Part shown: one piece after another, positions 1-8,909 of the stretch | How positions within the stretch are numbered: position 1 is the first letter of the stretch | Layout: the number at the start of each line of letters is the position of its first letter | NCBI GenBank assembly: GCA_043825275.1 | Contig: JBDRSA010000060.1 | Location: 1 to 21,947, forward strand | From: Candidatus Omnitrophota bacterium | Lineage (GTDB): Bacteria; Omnitrophota; Gorgyraeia; 2-01-FULL-45-10; JBDRSA01 | Direction of reading: 5' to 3' | Length of the DNA: 21,947 bases | Program-made: the position numbers and the translations under genes | The notes under the pieces: generated by a model | What the model saw: the letters and a program-made list of their open reading frames with translations, nothing else | Told to the model about the DNA's origin: nothing | Database searches by the model: none

Positions 1-3000
1 CTTGTGCATTCCCGCTACAGCACAAATACCTTCCCGACGTGGGACCTCGCGCAGCCGTTCAGGTTTCTCGCGCATAACGGTGAGATCAATACGCTGAGAG
101 GGAACGTCAATTGGATGCGGGCGAAGGAAGACCTGCTCACAAGCCCGCTTTTCGGGAAAGATATTGAAAAACTGAAGCCGATCATCGTGCCTGGAGGAAG
201 CGACTCCGCGGGAATAGACAATATTTCAGAACTACTGCTTCTTGCGGGAAGGCCGCTTGCCCATGTCGTGATGATGCTTATTCCGCCGGCCTGGGAACAG
301 AACAAGCTCATGGCGAAACATGAGAGAGATTTTTTCCGTTATCACGCCTGCCTCATGGAACCGTGGGACGGCCCCGCGGCGATCGCGATCACCGATGGGA
401 CAAGGATCGGCGCTGTCCTTGACCGGAACGGCCTTCGGCCGGCGCGATACCTTGTCACCAAGCGGGGCTTGATCGTCATGGCCTCGGAGGTCGGCGTTCT
501 CGATATACCGGCGTCTGATATCGCTTATTCAGGGAGGCTCGAGCCGGGCAAGATATTCTTCGTCGATACGGATGAGGGAAGGATCATCGATGACAGCGAG
601 CTAAAAAGGTCCGTCTCGACACGGAGGCCGTACGGGAAATGGGCGAACGACAAACTCGTTGACCTCGAAAAACTGTCGAAACCAAAAGAGAAGACGGAAA
701 AGGTCGCGGATCTGAGCCCGACGCTGAAAGCGTTCGGGTATACGCGCGAAGACATGAAGTTTATCATCCAGCCGATGGCAGCCGACGGTAAAGAGCCTAT
801 CGGCTCGATGGGGAATGATACGCCGCACGCTGTGCTCTCGAAAAAACCTCAGGTCCTCTACAGCTACTTTAAGCAGCTTTTCGCCCAGGTCACGAATCCC
901 GCGATCGACCCCATCCGGGAAGAGCTTGTTATGAGCCTTGAATGTTTTATGGGTTCGCGGAAGAATCTTCTCGATGAGACGCCTGACCACTGCCGGAAGG
1001 TCTGGTTGAAGCATCCTATCCTGACGAACGAGGAACTGTTAAAACTGAAGCATATCAACGAGAGCGGCTTTAAGACGAAGACGATCTCGATCCTTTTTGA
1101 CGCCTCCGACGAGAAGAATATGACAACCGCGCTTGACCGGATCTGCAGGGAGGCGAAAAACGCGATAAAAAAGAAGTACACATTCATCGTCCTGAGCGAC
1201 CGGAGGGTTACCGGGGAAAAAGCGGCTGTGCCGGCGCTCCTGGCGGTCGGGGCGGTCCACCAATATCTGGTAAAAAACGCGTCACGCTCACAGATAGCCC
1301 TGATACTTGAGAGCGCGGAACCGCGTGAGGTACACCACTTCGCGGTACTCCTGGGGTTTGGCGTAGGATGCGTAAACCCCTATTTGGCGTATGAGGCCAT
1401 CGACCGTTTGATCGAAGAAGAGCGCCTGAAGATCGACCGGAAGGCGGCGGTAAAGAATTACATAAAAGCGGTCAACAAGGGGATCATGAAGGTCCTCTCG
1501 AAGATGGGGATCTCAACGATCCAGAGCTACCGCGGGGCCCAGATATTTGAGGCGGTCGGCCTTCACGATGAGACGATCGAACGCTGTTTCGCGGGAACTG
1601 TCTCGCGGATCGGCGGGGTAGGGATCAGGGAGATCGCCCGGGAGACGATCCTTAGACATCGAGAAGCGTTCCCGAAGCGGGAAGGGGCAGGTGACCTTCT
1701 TGAGACCGGAGGTCTTTATCAGTGGAAATTGGACGGCGAATTCCACCTCTGGAATCCGAAAAGTATCGCCGCCATCCAGGACGCCTCAAAGAAGAATGAC
1801 TACATCCGCTATAAGGACTTTTCCCGGCTGATCAACGATCAATCCGAACATCCGACGACGCTCAGAAGCCTTCTATCCTTCAAAAAAAGAAAACCGGTCC
1901 TGCTATCCGAAGTCGAGCCGATATCATCCATTGTTACGCGCTTCGCTACCGGCGCGATGAGCTTTGGCTCGATCTCGCGGGCGGCGCACGAGTCGCTCGC
2001 GATCGCGATGAATAAGCTCGGCGGGAAGTCGAACACGGGGGAAGGCGGCGAGGACCCGGTCCGGTTCATGACACTCCCCTCGGGAGAGTCCGCCCGAAGC
2101 GCGATCAAACAGGTCGCGTCGGGGCGGTTCGGCGTAACGGCTAACTACCTGGTGAACGCCGATGAGCTGCAGATCAAGATCGCCCAGGGAGCGAAGCCCG
2201 GCGAAGGCGGGCAATTACCCGGACACAAAGTGAGCTCGACGATCGCTAAGATACGCTATACGACTCCCGGCGTGACGCTCATTTCGCCGCCGCCGCACCA
2301 TGACATCGATTCGATCGAGGACCTGGCGCAGCTTATCTATGATCTCAAGAACGCCAATCCGCGAGCGCGTATCAGCGTAAAGCTGGTATCTGAAGTCGGC
2401 GTTGGTACGATAGCCGCCGGTGTGGCGAAGGGTCATGCCGATATGATACTTATTTCGGGCGGCGACGGCGGGACGGGAGCGTCGCCGCGGAGCTCGATCA
2501 GGCACGCGGGGCTCCCCTGGGAGCTTGGACTGTCGGAAACCCACCAGACGCTCGTCCTGAACGACCTTCGCAGCAGAGTGCGGCTCCAGACCGACGGCCA
2601 GATGCGAACCGGACGCGATGTCGCGATCGCCGCGATGCTCGGCGCCGAGGAGTACGGGTTCTGTACCGCCGCGCTCATCGTGCTTGGATGCGTTATGCTC
2701 AGGCATTGTCACCTGAACAACTGTTCGGTCGGGATCGCGACACAGGACGACTTACTTCAGAAGCGGTTCCGGGGGAACCCTGAGCATGTCGTGAACTACC
2801 TCTCCTTTGTAGCTCAGGAGCTTCGTGAGATCATGGCCTTGCTCGGCATCAGGAAAGTCGACGAACTGATCGGAAGGACCGATCTTTTGGAGATGAACAA
2901 GTCGATGCTGGATTGGAAGACGCGAGGGCTTGATTTTTCAAAAATACTCTATAGACCGAAGGTCCCCCGGCCGGTTGAAGCATATTGCACAAAACCCCAG

Positions 3001-3840
3001 GATCACGGCATAGAGACTGTCCTTGACAAGGAGCTTTTGCGTCTCGCGAAGAAATCTCTTGAGCATCGGGAGCCGGTCCGCCTGTCGTTTGATATCAACA
3101 ATGTGAACAGGACGACCGGGACGATGCTCTCGGGCGAGGTCTGCAGGCGCTATGGTGAATGGGGGCTTCCCGAAGACACCATTTATTGCAAATTTAAAGG
3201 CGTGGCCGGTCAGAGCTTCGGCGCGTTCCTCGCGAGGGGCATTACCTTTGAGCTCGAAGGGATGGCGAATGATTATATCGGCAAGGGGATCTCAGGCGGC
3301 AGGATCATCGTATATCCGGGGGCGGGGTCGTCGTATAAGCCCGAAGAGAATATCATTATCGGGAATACGTCATTTTATGGAGCGATAAGCGGTGAGGCGT
3401 ACATCCGCGGGATCGCCGGGGAGCGGTTCTGTATCAGGAATTCAGGAATATACGCTGTTGTCGAAGGAGTGGGCGACCACGGCTGTGAATACATGACCGG
3501 CGGAAGGGTCATCGTGCTCGGGAAAACCGGGAGGAATTTCGGCGCCGGGATGTCGGGCGGGATCGCGTATATTTACGATATTGACGGCGACTTTAAGAAT
3601 AAGTGCAATAGGGACATGGTGATCTTCGATCGAATGAACGAAGACGACAGCATCATGATCAAGAACCTTCTTGTCGGACATGTAAAGACTACCAAGAGCG
3701 ACCGGGCCCGCTATCTTCTCGGCAATTTAGAAAGCGAAATGAAGAAGATCGTCAAGGTCATGCCCATAGAGTACAAGAGGGTCCTGGAAGGTAAACAGGT
3801 CGAGCAGTCTCTGGGTTTAGGCGAGGCTTCGGATGGATAG
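1..3840 (+). CDS. gltB: Glutamate synthase large subunit, 5' end outside window
   Basis: Frame is open to the left edge. Protein has HNGEINTLRGNVNWMRA (class II GATase domain part), central FMN domain GGDGGTGASPRSSIRHAGLPWELGL, 3Fe-4S motif CVMLRHCHLNNC, and a C-terminal GXGXG-type beta-helix domain. Confidence 0.97.
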   Translation, partial: LVHSRYSTNTFPTWDLAQPFRFLAHNGEINTLRGNVNWMRAKEDLLTSPLFGKDIEKLKPIIVPGGSDSAGIDNISELLLLAGRPLAHVVMMLIPPAWEQNKLMAKHERDFFRYHACLMEPWDGPAAIAITDGTRIGAVLDRNGLRPARYLVTKRGLIVMASEVGVLDIPASDIAYSGRLEPGKIFFVDTDEGRIIDDSELKRSVSTRRPYGKWANDKLVDLEKLSKPKEKTEKVADLSPTLKAFGYTREDMKFIIQPMAADGKEPIGSMGNDTPHAVLSKKPQVLYSYFKQLFAQVTNPAIDPIREELVMSLECFMGSRKNLLDETPDHCRKVWLKHPILTNEELLKLKHINESGFKTKTISILFDASDEKNMTTALDRICREAKNAIKKKYTFIVLSDRRVTGEKAAVPALLAVGAVHQYLVKNASRSQIALILESAEPREVHHFAVLLGFGVGCVNPYLAYEAIDRLIEEERLKIDRKAAVKNYIKAVNKGIMKVLSKMGISTIQSYRGAQIFEAVGLHDETIERCFAGTVSRIGGVGIREIARETILRHREAFPKREGAGDLLETGGLYQWKLDGEFHLWNPKSIAAIQDASKKNDYIRYKDFSRLINDQSEHPTTLRSLLSFKKRKPVLLSEVEPISSIVTRFATGAMSFGSISRAAHESLAIAMNKLGGKSNTGEGGEDPVRFMTLPSGESARSAIKQVASGRFGVTANYLVNADELQIKIAQGAKPGEGGQLPGHKVSSTIAKIRYTTPGVTLISPPPHHDIDSIEDLAQLIYDLKNANPRARISVKLVSEVGVGTIAAGVAKGHADMILISGGDGGTGASPRSSIRHAGLPWELGLSETHQTLVLNDLRSRVRLQTDGQMRTGRDVAIAAMLGAEEYGFCTAALIVLGCVMLRHCHLNNCSVGIATQDDLLQKRFRGNPEHVVNYLSFVAQELREIMALLGIRKVDELIGRTDLLEMNKSMLDWKTRGLDFSKILYRPKVPRPVEAYCTKPQDHGIETVLDKELLRLAKKSLEHREPVRLSFDINNVNRTTGTMLSGEVCRRYGEWGLPEDTIYCKFKGVAGQSFGAFLARGITFELEGMANDYIGKGISGGRIIVYPGAGSSYKPEENIIIGNTSFYGAISGEAYIRGIAGERFCIRNSGIYAVVEGVGDHGCEYMTGGRVIVLGKTGRNFGAGMSGGIAYIYDIDGDFKNKCNRDMVIFDRMNEDDSIMIKNLLVGHVKTTKSDRARYLLGNLESEMKKIVKVMPIEYKRVLEGKQVEQSLGLGEASDG

Positions 3841-3861
3841 GGAAGCGAAGAGATCCGATCG

Positions 3862-4089
3862 GTTCATAGTACAAAGTTCATAGTTTGAATTGCGGTTTAC
3901 GGTGTACGGTTAATGGTTTACGGCTAAAAGATCGAAAAAAGAAGCCGATTAGTTCATAGAAAATCAACGTTGAAATCGCGCACATTGCGCTACCGATCGT
4001 TTTTTAGTTTTTATCTCTTTACCGTTCACCGTACACCGTTAACCATAAACCGTGTTAGACTTTGAACTATTGACTATGAACTATGAACT
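3862..4089. repeat. Intergenic nested inverted-repeat element, copy A (7-nt-period arms)
   Basis: Left outer GTTCATA-GTACAAA-GTTCATA-GTTTGAA (3862-3889); left inner CGGTTTA-CGGTGTA-CGGTTAA-TGGTTTA-CGGCTAA (3893-3927); right inner TTTACCG-TTCACCG-TACACCG-TTAACCA-TAAACCG (4018-4052); right outer TTAGACT-TTGAACT-ATTGACT-ATGAACT-ATGAACT (4055-4089). Homologous to 20112-20393. Confidence 0.9.
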
Positions 4090-4128
4090 GCATGGAATTA
4101 CGCGTTTAATACGGCGAACGGAGTTGAG

Positions 4129-5574
4129 ATGGGAGATGTAAAGGGATTCATAAAGGTAGCGCGGCAGAAAGCGCAGTATCGGCCCGTCTGCGAGCGGATC
4201 ATGGATTATAAGGAGATCGCCGTACCGAGAAGCGACGCGAAGTCAAGCGAGCAGGCGTCGCGCTGCATGGATTGCGGCACGCCGTTCTGTCATTGGGGCT
4301 GCTCGGTCGGCAATTTTATCCCTGAGTGGAACGATGCCGTATACGCCGGGCGCTGGAAAGAAGCGTACGAGATGCTCGATTCGACGAACAACCTTCCTGA
4401 AGTGACCGGAAGGATCTGCCCGGCGCTCTGTGAGTATTCCTGCGTATTGGGGATCAACGATGACCCGGTAACGATCAGCGAGAATGAGCTCTCGATCATA
4501 GAATACGCTTTTAAGAATGGATTTGTACAGCCAAGGCCTCCAAAAAAGCGAACAGGAAAAAAAATGGCCGTTATCGGCTCCGGCCCGGCGGGACTTTCGT
4601 GCGCGGCCCAGCTGAATAAAGCCGGCCATACGGTAACGGTATTCGAGAAAGACGATAAGATCGGCGGGATATTGCGCTACGGTATCCCGGATTTTAAACT
4701 TGAAAAATGGATACTCGACCGCCGTATCGCCCTATGGGAGAACGAGGGTGTGCGCTTTACGACGGGTGTGAACGTCGGCGTTGATTATCAGGCGAAAGAG
4801 CTTCTTGAGGAGTTTGACGCGGTAGCTCTGGCGGGCGGATCGCGCCAGCCGCGCGATCTCAGGATCGAAGGGAGAGACCTCAAAGGTATCCATTTCGCGA
4901 TGGACTATCTTATACAATCAAACAGAAGGATCAGCGGGGAGAAGATCCCCGAAAGCCGATTGATTGACGCGAAGGGGAAACGCGTTGTTGTGATCGGCGG
5001 CGGCGATACCGGCTCCGACTGTGTCGGGACGGCCCATCGGCAGGGAGCGGCGTGTGTTGTCCAGGTCGAGCTTTTGGAGCAACCGCCGGAATGCAGGACC
5101 GGTAAACAGCCATGGCCGCTCTATCCGGCGCTTCTCAAAACATCGACAAGTCACCAAGAGGGGGGGGAACGCCACTGGTCCGTGCTTACAAAAAAAATTA
5201 TCGGCGAGAATGGTCGCGTATCGGGGCTTTCGTGCGTTAAAGTGGAATTTTCAAGCAAGAAGGGCCTCTCGTGCCCTATCGTAAAGGAAGTGACCGGTAG
5301 TGCGTTCGATATCGGCGCGGACCTGGTTATTCTGGCGGTCGGCTTTGTCCATCCGGTCCATGACAAATTACTCGCCGACCTGGGCGTCGCCTTTGACGGC
5401 CGCGGAAATGTTAAAGCCGACGACTCTTTTAAGACCGCGAACAAGAAGGTATTCGCCGCCGGGGACATGCGGCGCGGGCAGTCGCTCATTGTTTGGGCGA
5501 TATCAGAAGGCAGGAAAGCGGCGCGGGCTATCGATCTATTTTTAATGGGCTCCTCAAAACTCCTTGATTTTTAG
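4129..5574 (+). CDS. gltD: Glutamate synthase small subunit
   Basis: 481 aa. N-terminal Fe-S region RCMDCGTPFCHWGCSVGNFIPEWND, two dinucleotide-binding motifs (VIGSGPAGLSCAAQL, VVVIGGGDTGSDCVGTAHR), C-terminal AAGDMRRGQSLIVWAISEGRKAA. Confidence 0.97.
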   Translation: MGDVKGFIKVARQKAQYRPVCERIMDYKEIAVPRSDAKSSEQASRCMDCGTPFCHWGCSVGNFIPEWNDAVYAGRWKEAYEMLDSTNNLPEVTGRICPALCEYSCVLGINDDPVTISENELSIIEYAFKNGFVQPRPPKKRTGKKMAVIGSGPAGLSCAAQLNKAGHTVTVFEKDDKIGGILRYGIPDFKLEKWILDRRIALWENEGVRFTTGVNVGVDYQAKELLEEFDAVALAGGSRQPRDLRIEGRDLKGIHFAMDYLIQSNRRISGEKIPESRLIDAKGKRVVVIGGGDTGSDCVGTAHRQGAACVVQVELLEQPPECRTGKQPWPLYPALLKTSTSHQEGGERHWSVLTKKIIGENGRVSGLSCVKVEFSSKKGLSCPIVKEVTGSAFDIGADLVILAVGFVHPVHDKLLADLGVAFDGRGNVKADDSFKTANKKVFAAGDMRRGQSLIVWAISEGRKAARAIDLFLMGSSKLLDF

Positions 5575-5591
5575 AAGCGTTCTGCAAGCCT

Positions 5592-5613
5592 AATAATTAA
5601 GCAATAATTAAGC
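5592..5613. repeat. Perfect 2 x 11-bp AT-rich tandem repeat (AATAATTAAGC)
   Basis: Direct reading: AATAATTAAGC AATAATTAAGC, then AATTTAT, immediately upstream of the -35 box at 5622. Confidence 0.85.
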
Positions 5614-5621
5614 AATTTATC

Positions 5622-5650
5622 TTGACAGTTGTGAGCAAAATGTAGATAAT
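5622..5650 (+). promoter_or_regulatory. Sigma70-like promoter upstream of the NuoE-like gene
   Basis: TTGACA (5622-5627), 17-nt spacer, GATAAT (5645-5650), with an AT-rich upstream region. Confidence 0.75.
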
Positions 5651-5657
5651 ATTGTCA

Positions 5658-5678
5658 TCAACACAACGGATGTGTTGA
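5658..5678 (+). promoter_or_regulatory. Perfect inverted repeat at the expected transcription start (operator or 5' hairpin)
   Basis: TCAACACA-acgga-TGTGTTGA, 8-bp perfect arms with a 5-nt spacer, starting about 7 nt downstream of the -10 box. Confidence 0.6.
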
Positions 5679-5688
5679 CCGGACAAAG

Positions 5689-5724
5689 GCGTTCTGGATC
5701 TCAGAGAACGCTTTTTTTATTTTT
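5689..5724 (+). terminator. Intrinsic-terminator-like hairpin in the leader of the NuoE-like operon (possible attenuator)
   Basis: GCGTTCT (5689-5695) pairs with AGAACGC (5705-5711), followed by TTTTTTTATTTTT. Confidence 0.7.
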
Positions 5725-5748
5725 ACAACATTAAAATTAGGATGGGGC

Positions 5749-6243
5749 ATGGCGACCAAAACAGTGAAAAGAATCAACTCTATTCTCAAGAACAGAGAAA
5801 AGAATCCACGTGAATTGATCGAAGTCCTCCAGGATGTCCAGGCAACTTTTAAGTATCTTCCAGAGCAGGAGTTGCGGATCGTTTCTGAAAAGCTGAATGT
5901 CCCCCTCATCGAAGTCTTCAGGGTCGCAAATTTTTATAAAGCGTTCACTTTGAAGCCGCGCGGCAAGCACCTGGTGACGGTATGCATGGGAACCGCATGC
6001 CACGTTCGGGGAGCGCCGAAGTTTGTCGATGAGGTTCTCGGGCAGCTCAGTATAAAACCGGGCGAGACTACCGAAGACGGCATGTTTACCGTTGAGACGG
6101 TGAACTGCCTCGGCGCGTGCGCTCTTGGCCCGATTGTCGTGCTCGATGGAACGTACCATGACCACATGACTACGGGGAAGCTGCGGGATTTGATTCAGAG
6201 CGTTACAAAGAAGAAGAAAGGTAGAAAGCGACGCCATGGTTAA
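5749..6243 (+). CDS. NuoE/HydC/HndA-like [2Fe-2S] thioredoxin-fold subunit
   Basis: 164 aa, with VCMGTACHVRGAP...VNCLGACALGPIVVLDGTYH, the CX4C...CX3C pattern of this family. Confidence 0.93.
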   Translation: MATKTVKRINSILKNREKNPRELIEVLQDVQATFKYLPEQELRIVSEKLNVPLIEVFRVANFYKAFTLKPRGKHLVTVCMGTACHVRGAPKFVDEVLGQLSIKPGETTEDGMFTVETVNCLGACALGPIVVLDGTYHDHMTTGKLRDLIQSVTKKKKGRKRRHG

Positions 6244-8089
6244 GATTCGGACTTTAAAGGATTTAGAATTTCTAGCTAAAAAAACTCGGGACTTAAGCAA
6301 AAAAAAGGCGATGACGGTCATTCTGTCGTCGGGGACGTGCGGTCAGGCGTGCGGGTCGTTGCATGTCGCTGATAAGCTTCGAAAAGAGATCGCGAGAAAA
6401 AAGCTAGAGAAAAAAGTAAATGTACGGATAACGGGATGCCACGGATTCTGTGAGCAGGAACCGTTGATGGTTGTTGAGCCTGAAAATATCTTTTATTGTC
6501 ACGTCAAACCCGATGATATTTTGGAAATTGTGTCTGAGACACTTCAGCGGGGGAGGGTAGTTGATAGGTTGCTCTATGTTGACCCGACAATAGGTAAGAA
6601 AATAGAAAAGGAAAAAGATATCCCGTTCTATAAAGCCCAGGAAAGGATCGTCCTCGGACAGAATAAACTTGTCGATCCGTGTAATATCCATGACTACGTT
6701 GAGAACGGTGGATATTCGGCATTTATAAAAGCCTTGAATTCAATGAAACCGGAAGAGGTTATCGAAGAAGTTAAGAAGTCGGGGCTCCGAGGCAGGGGCG
6801 GCGGCGGATTTCTTACCGGGAAGAAGTGGGAGCATTGCCGCAAAGCGGAAGGGGAGCCTAAATATGTCATCTGTAACGCGGATGAAGGAGATCCGGGGGC
6901 GTATATGGACAGGAGTGTGCTGGAGGGCAATCCTCACGAGGTTATCGAGGGGATGCTCATCGGCGCGTTCGCGATCGGCGCCCGCCACGGCTACATCTAT
7001 GTCAGGAACGAGTATCCGCTCGCGGTCCAGCACGCTAAATTTGCCGTGCAGCAGGCGGAAGAGCTGGGGCTTATCGGCGATGATATCCTCGGAAGCGGTT
7101 TCTCGTTCGATATCAGGATCGCGCGCGGCGGCGGCGCGTTTGTATGCGGTGAGTCGACCGCGTTGATGGCATCGCTTGAAGGAAAAGTTGGCGAACCGCG
7201 CGCGAAAGATGTCCATACGACCGACAAGGGGTTGCACGACCTTCCCACAAACCTGAATAATGTCGAAACGTGGGCGAATGTGCCGTTGATCATCAAAAAC
7301 GGCGCGAAGTGGTTTTCGTCGAAGGGGACCAAACAGAGTAAGGGCACCAAGATATTCGCCCTGACCGGGCAGATACGTAACACGGGCCTCGTTGAGATTC
7401 CTATGGGGATGAGTTTACGTAAAATTATCTATAAAATTGGCGGCGGTCCGGCAGTAGGAAGGAAGATAAAGGCGGTTCAGACAGGGGGGCCGTCAGGAGG
7501 ATGCCTGCCGGAACGCTTATTTGATCTGCCGGTCGACTTCGAGGCCCTGGACAAGGCGGGTTCGATGGTCGGCTCCGGCGGGATGGTCGTTATGGATGAG
7601 TCGACCTGTATGGTCGACGTCGCGAAGTATTTTCTGAAGTTTCTCATTGACGAGTCGTGCGGTAAATGTGTTCCGTGCAGGGTCGGACTCAGCCGCATGC
7701 TGGAGATCATCACCGACATCACCGAAGGAAGGGGCACGGAAGAGAAATTGGCGCTCCTCGAAGAGACGGCGCGTACCGTGTCGCTTGGTTCGCTCTGCGC
7801 GCTGGGGAAAACCGCCCCGAATCCCGTTCTTTCTACGATAAAGTACTTCAGGACGGAATACGAGTCGCATATCGCCAAAAAGAAATGTACCGCCGGCGTT
7901 TGCAGAGAGCTGATCAGCTACGCGATCGACGCGAAAAAGTGTACCGGGTGCGGCGTATGTCTGCGCGGCTGTCCGCATGGCGCCATTTCCGGGAAGGCGA
8001 AATCGGCGCATTCTATAGACAGAACGCGATGCAGCAAATGCGGCATTTGCAAAGAACAGTGCAGGTTTAACGCTATCGACGTGTTGTAA
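6236..8089 (+). CDS. NuoF/HydB/HndC-like flavoprotein subunit with N-terminal [2Fe-2S] and C-terminal 2x[4Fe-4S] domains
   Basis: 617 aa. N-terminal SGTCGQACGS...GCHGFCEQEP; core SGLRGRGGGGFLTGKKWEHC, CNADEGDPGAYMDR, GAFVCGESTALMASLEG, ESCGKCVPCRVG; C-terminal CTGCGVCLRGCP and CSKCGICKEQC. Overlaps the upstream gene by 8 nt. Confidence 0.94.
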   Translation: MVKIRTLKDLEFLAKKTRDLSKKKAMTVILSSGTCGQACGSLHVADKLRKEIARKKLEKKVNVRITGCHGFCEQEPLMVVEPENIFYCHVKPDDILEIVSETLQRGRVVDRLLYVDPTIGKKIEKEKDIPFYKAQERIVLGQNKLVDPCNIHDYVENGGYSAFIKALNSMKPEEVIEEVKKSGLRGRGGGGFLTGKKWEHCRKAEGEPKYVICNADEGDPGAYMDRSVLEGNPHEVIEGMLIGAFAIGARHGYIYVRNEYPLAVQHAKFAVQQAEELGLIGDDILGSGFSFDIRIARGGGAFVCGESTALMASLEGKVGEPRAKDVHTTDKGLHDLPTNLNNVETWANVPLIIKNGAKWFSSKGTKQSKGTKIFALTGQIRNTGLVEIPMGMSLRKIIYKIGGGPAVGRKIKAVQTGGPSGGCLPERLFDLPVDFEALDKAGSMVGSGGMVVMDESTCMVDVAKYFLKFLIDESCGKCVPCRVGLSRMLEIITDITEGRGTEEKLALLEETARTVSLGSLCALGKTAPNPVLSTIKYFRTEYESHIAKKKCTAGVCRELISYAIDAKKCTGCGVCLRGCPHGAISGKAKSAHSIDRTRCSKCGICKEQCRFNAIDVL

Positions 8090-8187
8090 AAGTGGAGGGA
8101 TGATAGCGTATTAAATACAGTATTGGCCGGGCAATGGAGCCCGACGAGAGTGGTCAAGAAGACTAAGAAGTCGAAATGGAGGCGATG

Positions 8188-8883
8188 ATGCCTGCGTATG
8201 TAACGCTTACAATCGATGGAGCATTCGTGCGGGTACCGCGTAGTACCTCAGTGCTGGATGCGGCCTTAACAAGCGGGATCTGTATACCGCATCTGTGTCA
8301 TATGAATGGCGTTACCCCGATCGGCGCGTGCCGGATCTGTATCGTTGAATTGGTCAAGAACGGCAGATCAAAAGTTACCGCGTCGTGTACGCTCGAAGCT
8401 GAAGAAGGTATGGTTATTCTTGCCCATTCGAAAAAGATACTGCGGGCGCGGAAAAACATCGCGGAAATGCTCGTTGCTGAAGCTCCGAATTCGCGCGCAA
8501 TTCAGGACATCGCTGTCCGATGCGGCGTCAAAGAGGTGCGATATCCTTTTCGCAGGAATGATTGCGTTTTGTGCGGTAGGTGTGTGCGCGCCTGCGATGA
8601 GATATGGCGGTCTAAGTCACTGGGTTTTGTCGGCCGCGGGCCGGAGCGCCATGTCGCGCTGCCGTTCGATAAACGGCCGGAATATTGTAAGCGATGCAAC
8701 GCCTGTATCGATGTGTGTCCGATGACGATCACGCCGTGCTCCGGACCCATGAAGCCGGGCGAAGAGGCCCTGTGCGGGATGTGCGAGTCACAGTTATCGA
8801 TGGCTGAAAAGATCGAAGACACCTGTGTCGATTGCAGACTGGGAGACGGGTTCCATTGCGCGAGAAAAAGTTCTTACAGTTAA
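8188..8883 (+). CDS. NuoG-N-terminus / HoxU / HydA-N-terminus-like Fe-S subunit, no catalytic domain
   Basis: ORF opens at 8176, but GGAGG at 8178-8182 favours the ATG at 8188. Plant-type 2Fe-2S motif (CIPHLCHMNGVTPIGACRIC...C), ferredoxin-like CVLCGRCVRAC and CKRCNACIDVCP, and extra C-terminal cysteines (CGMC...CVDC...C). Confidence 0.85.
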   Translation: MPAYVTLTIDGAFVRVPRSTSVLDAALTSGICIPHLCHMNGVTPIGACRICIVELVKNGRSKVTASCTLEAEEGMVILAHSKKILRARKNIAEMLVAEAPNSRAIQDIAVRCGVKEVRYPFRRNDCVLCGRCVRACDEIWRSKSLGFVGRGPERHVALPFDKRPEYCKRCNACIDVCPMTITPCSGPMKPGEEALCGMCESQLSMAEKIEDTCVDCRLGDGFHCARKSSYS

Positions 8884-8909
8884 CGGCATGATGAGACAAG
8901 GAGAAGAAC

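Noticed and set aside
3862-4089. Possible CRISPR array from repeated short units
   Set aside because: Units are 7 nt, contiguous, degenerate and arranged as inverted arms. There are no 20-40 nt repeats separated by unique spacers and no cas genes.
5749-8883. Standard respiratory complex I or [FeFe]/[NiFe] hydrogenase operon
   Set aside because: No membrane subunits, no NuoG catalytic-like domain, no H-cluster motifs and no HoxH/HoxY-type genes are present in the window. Only the diaphorase and electron-transfer parts are seen.
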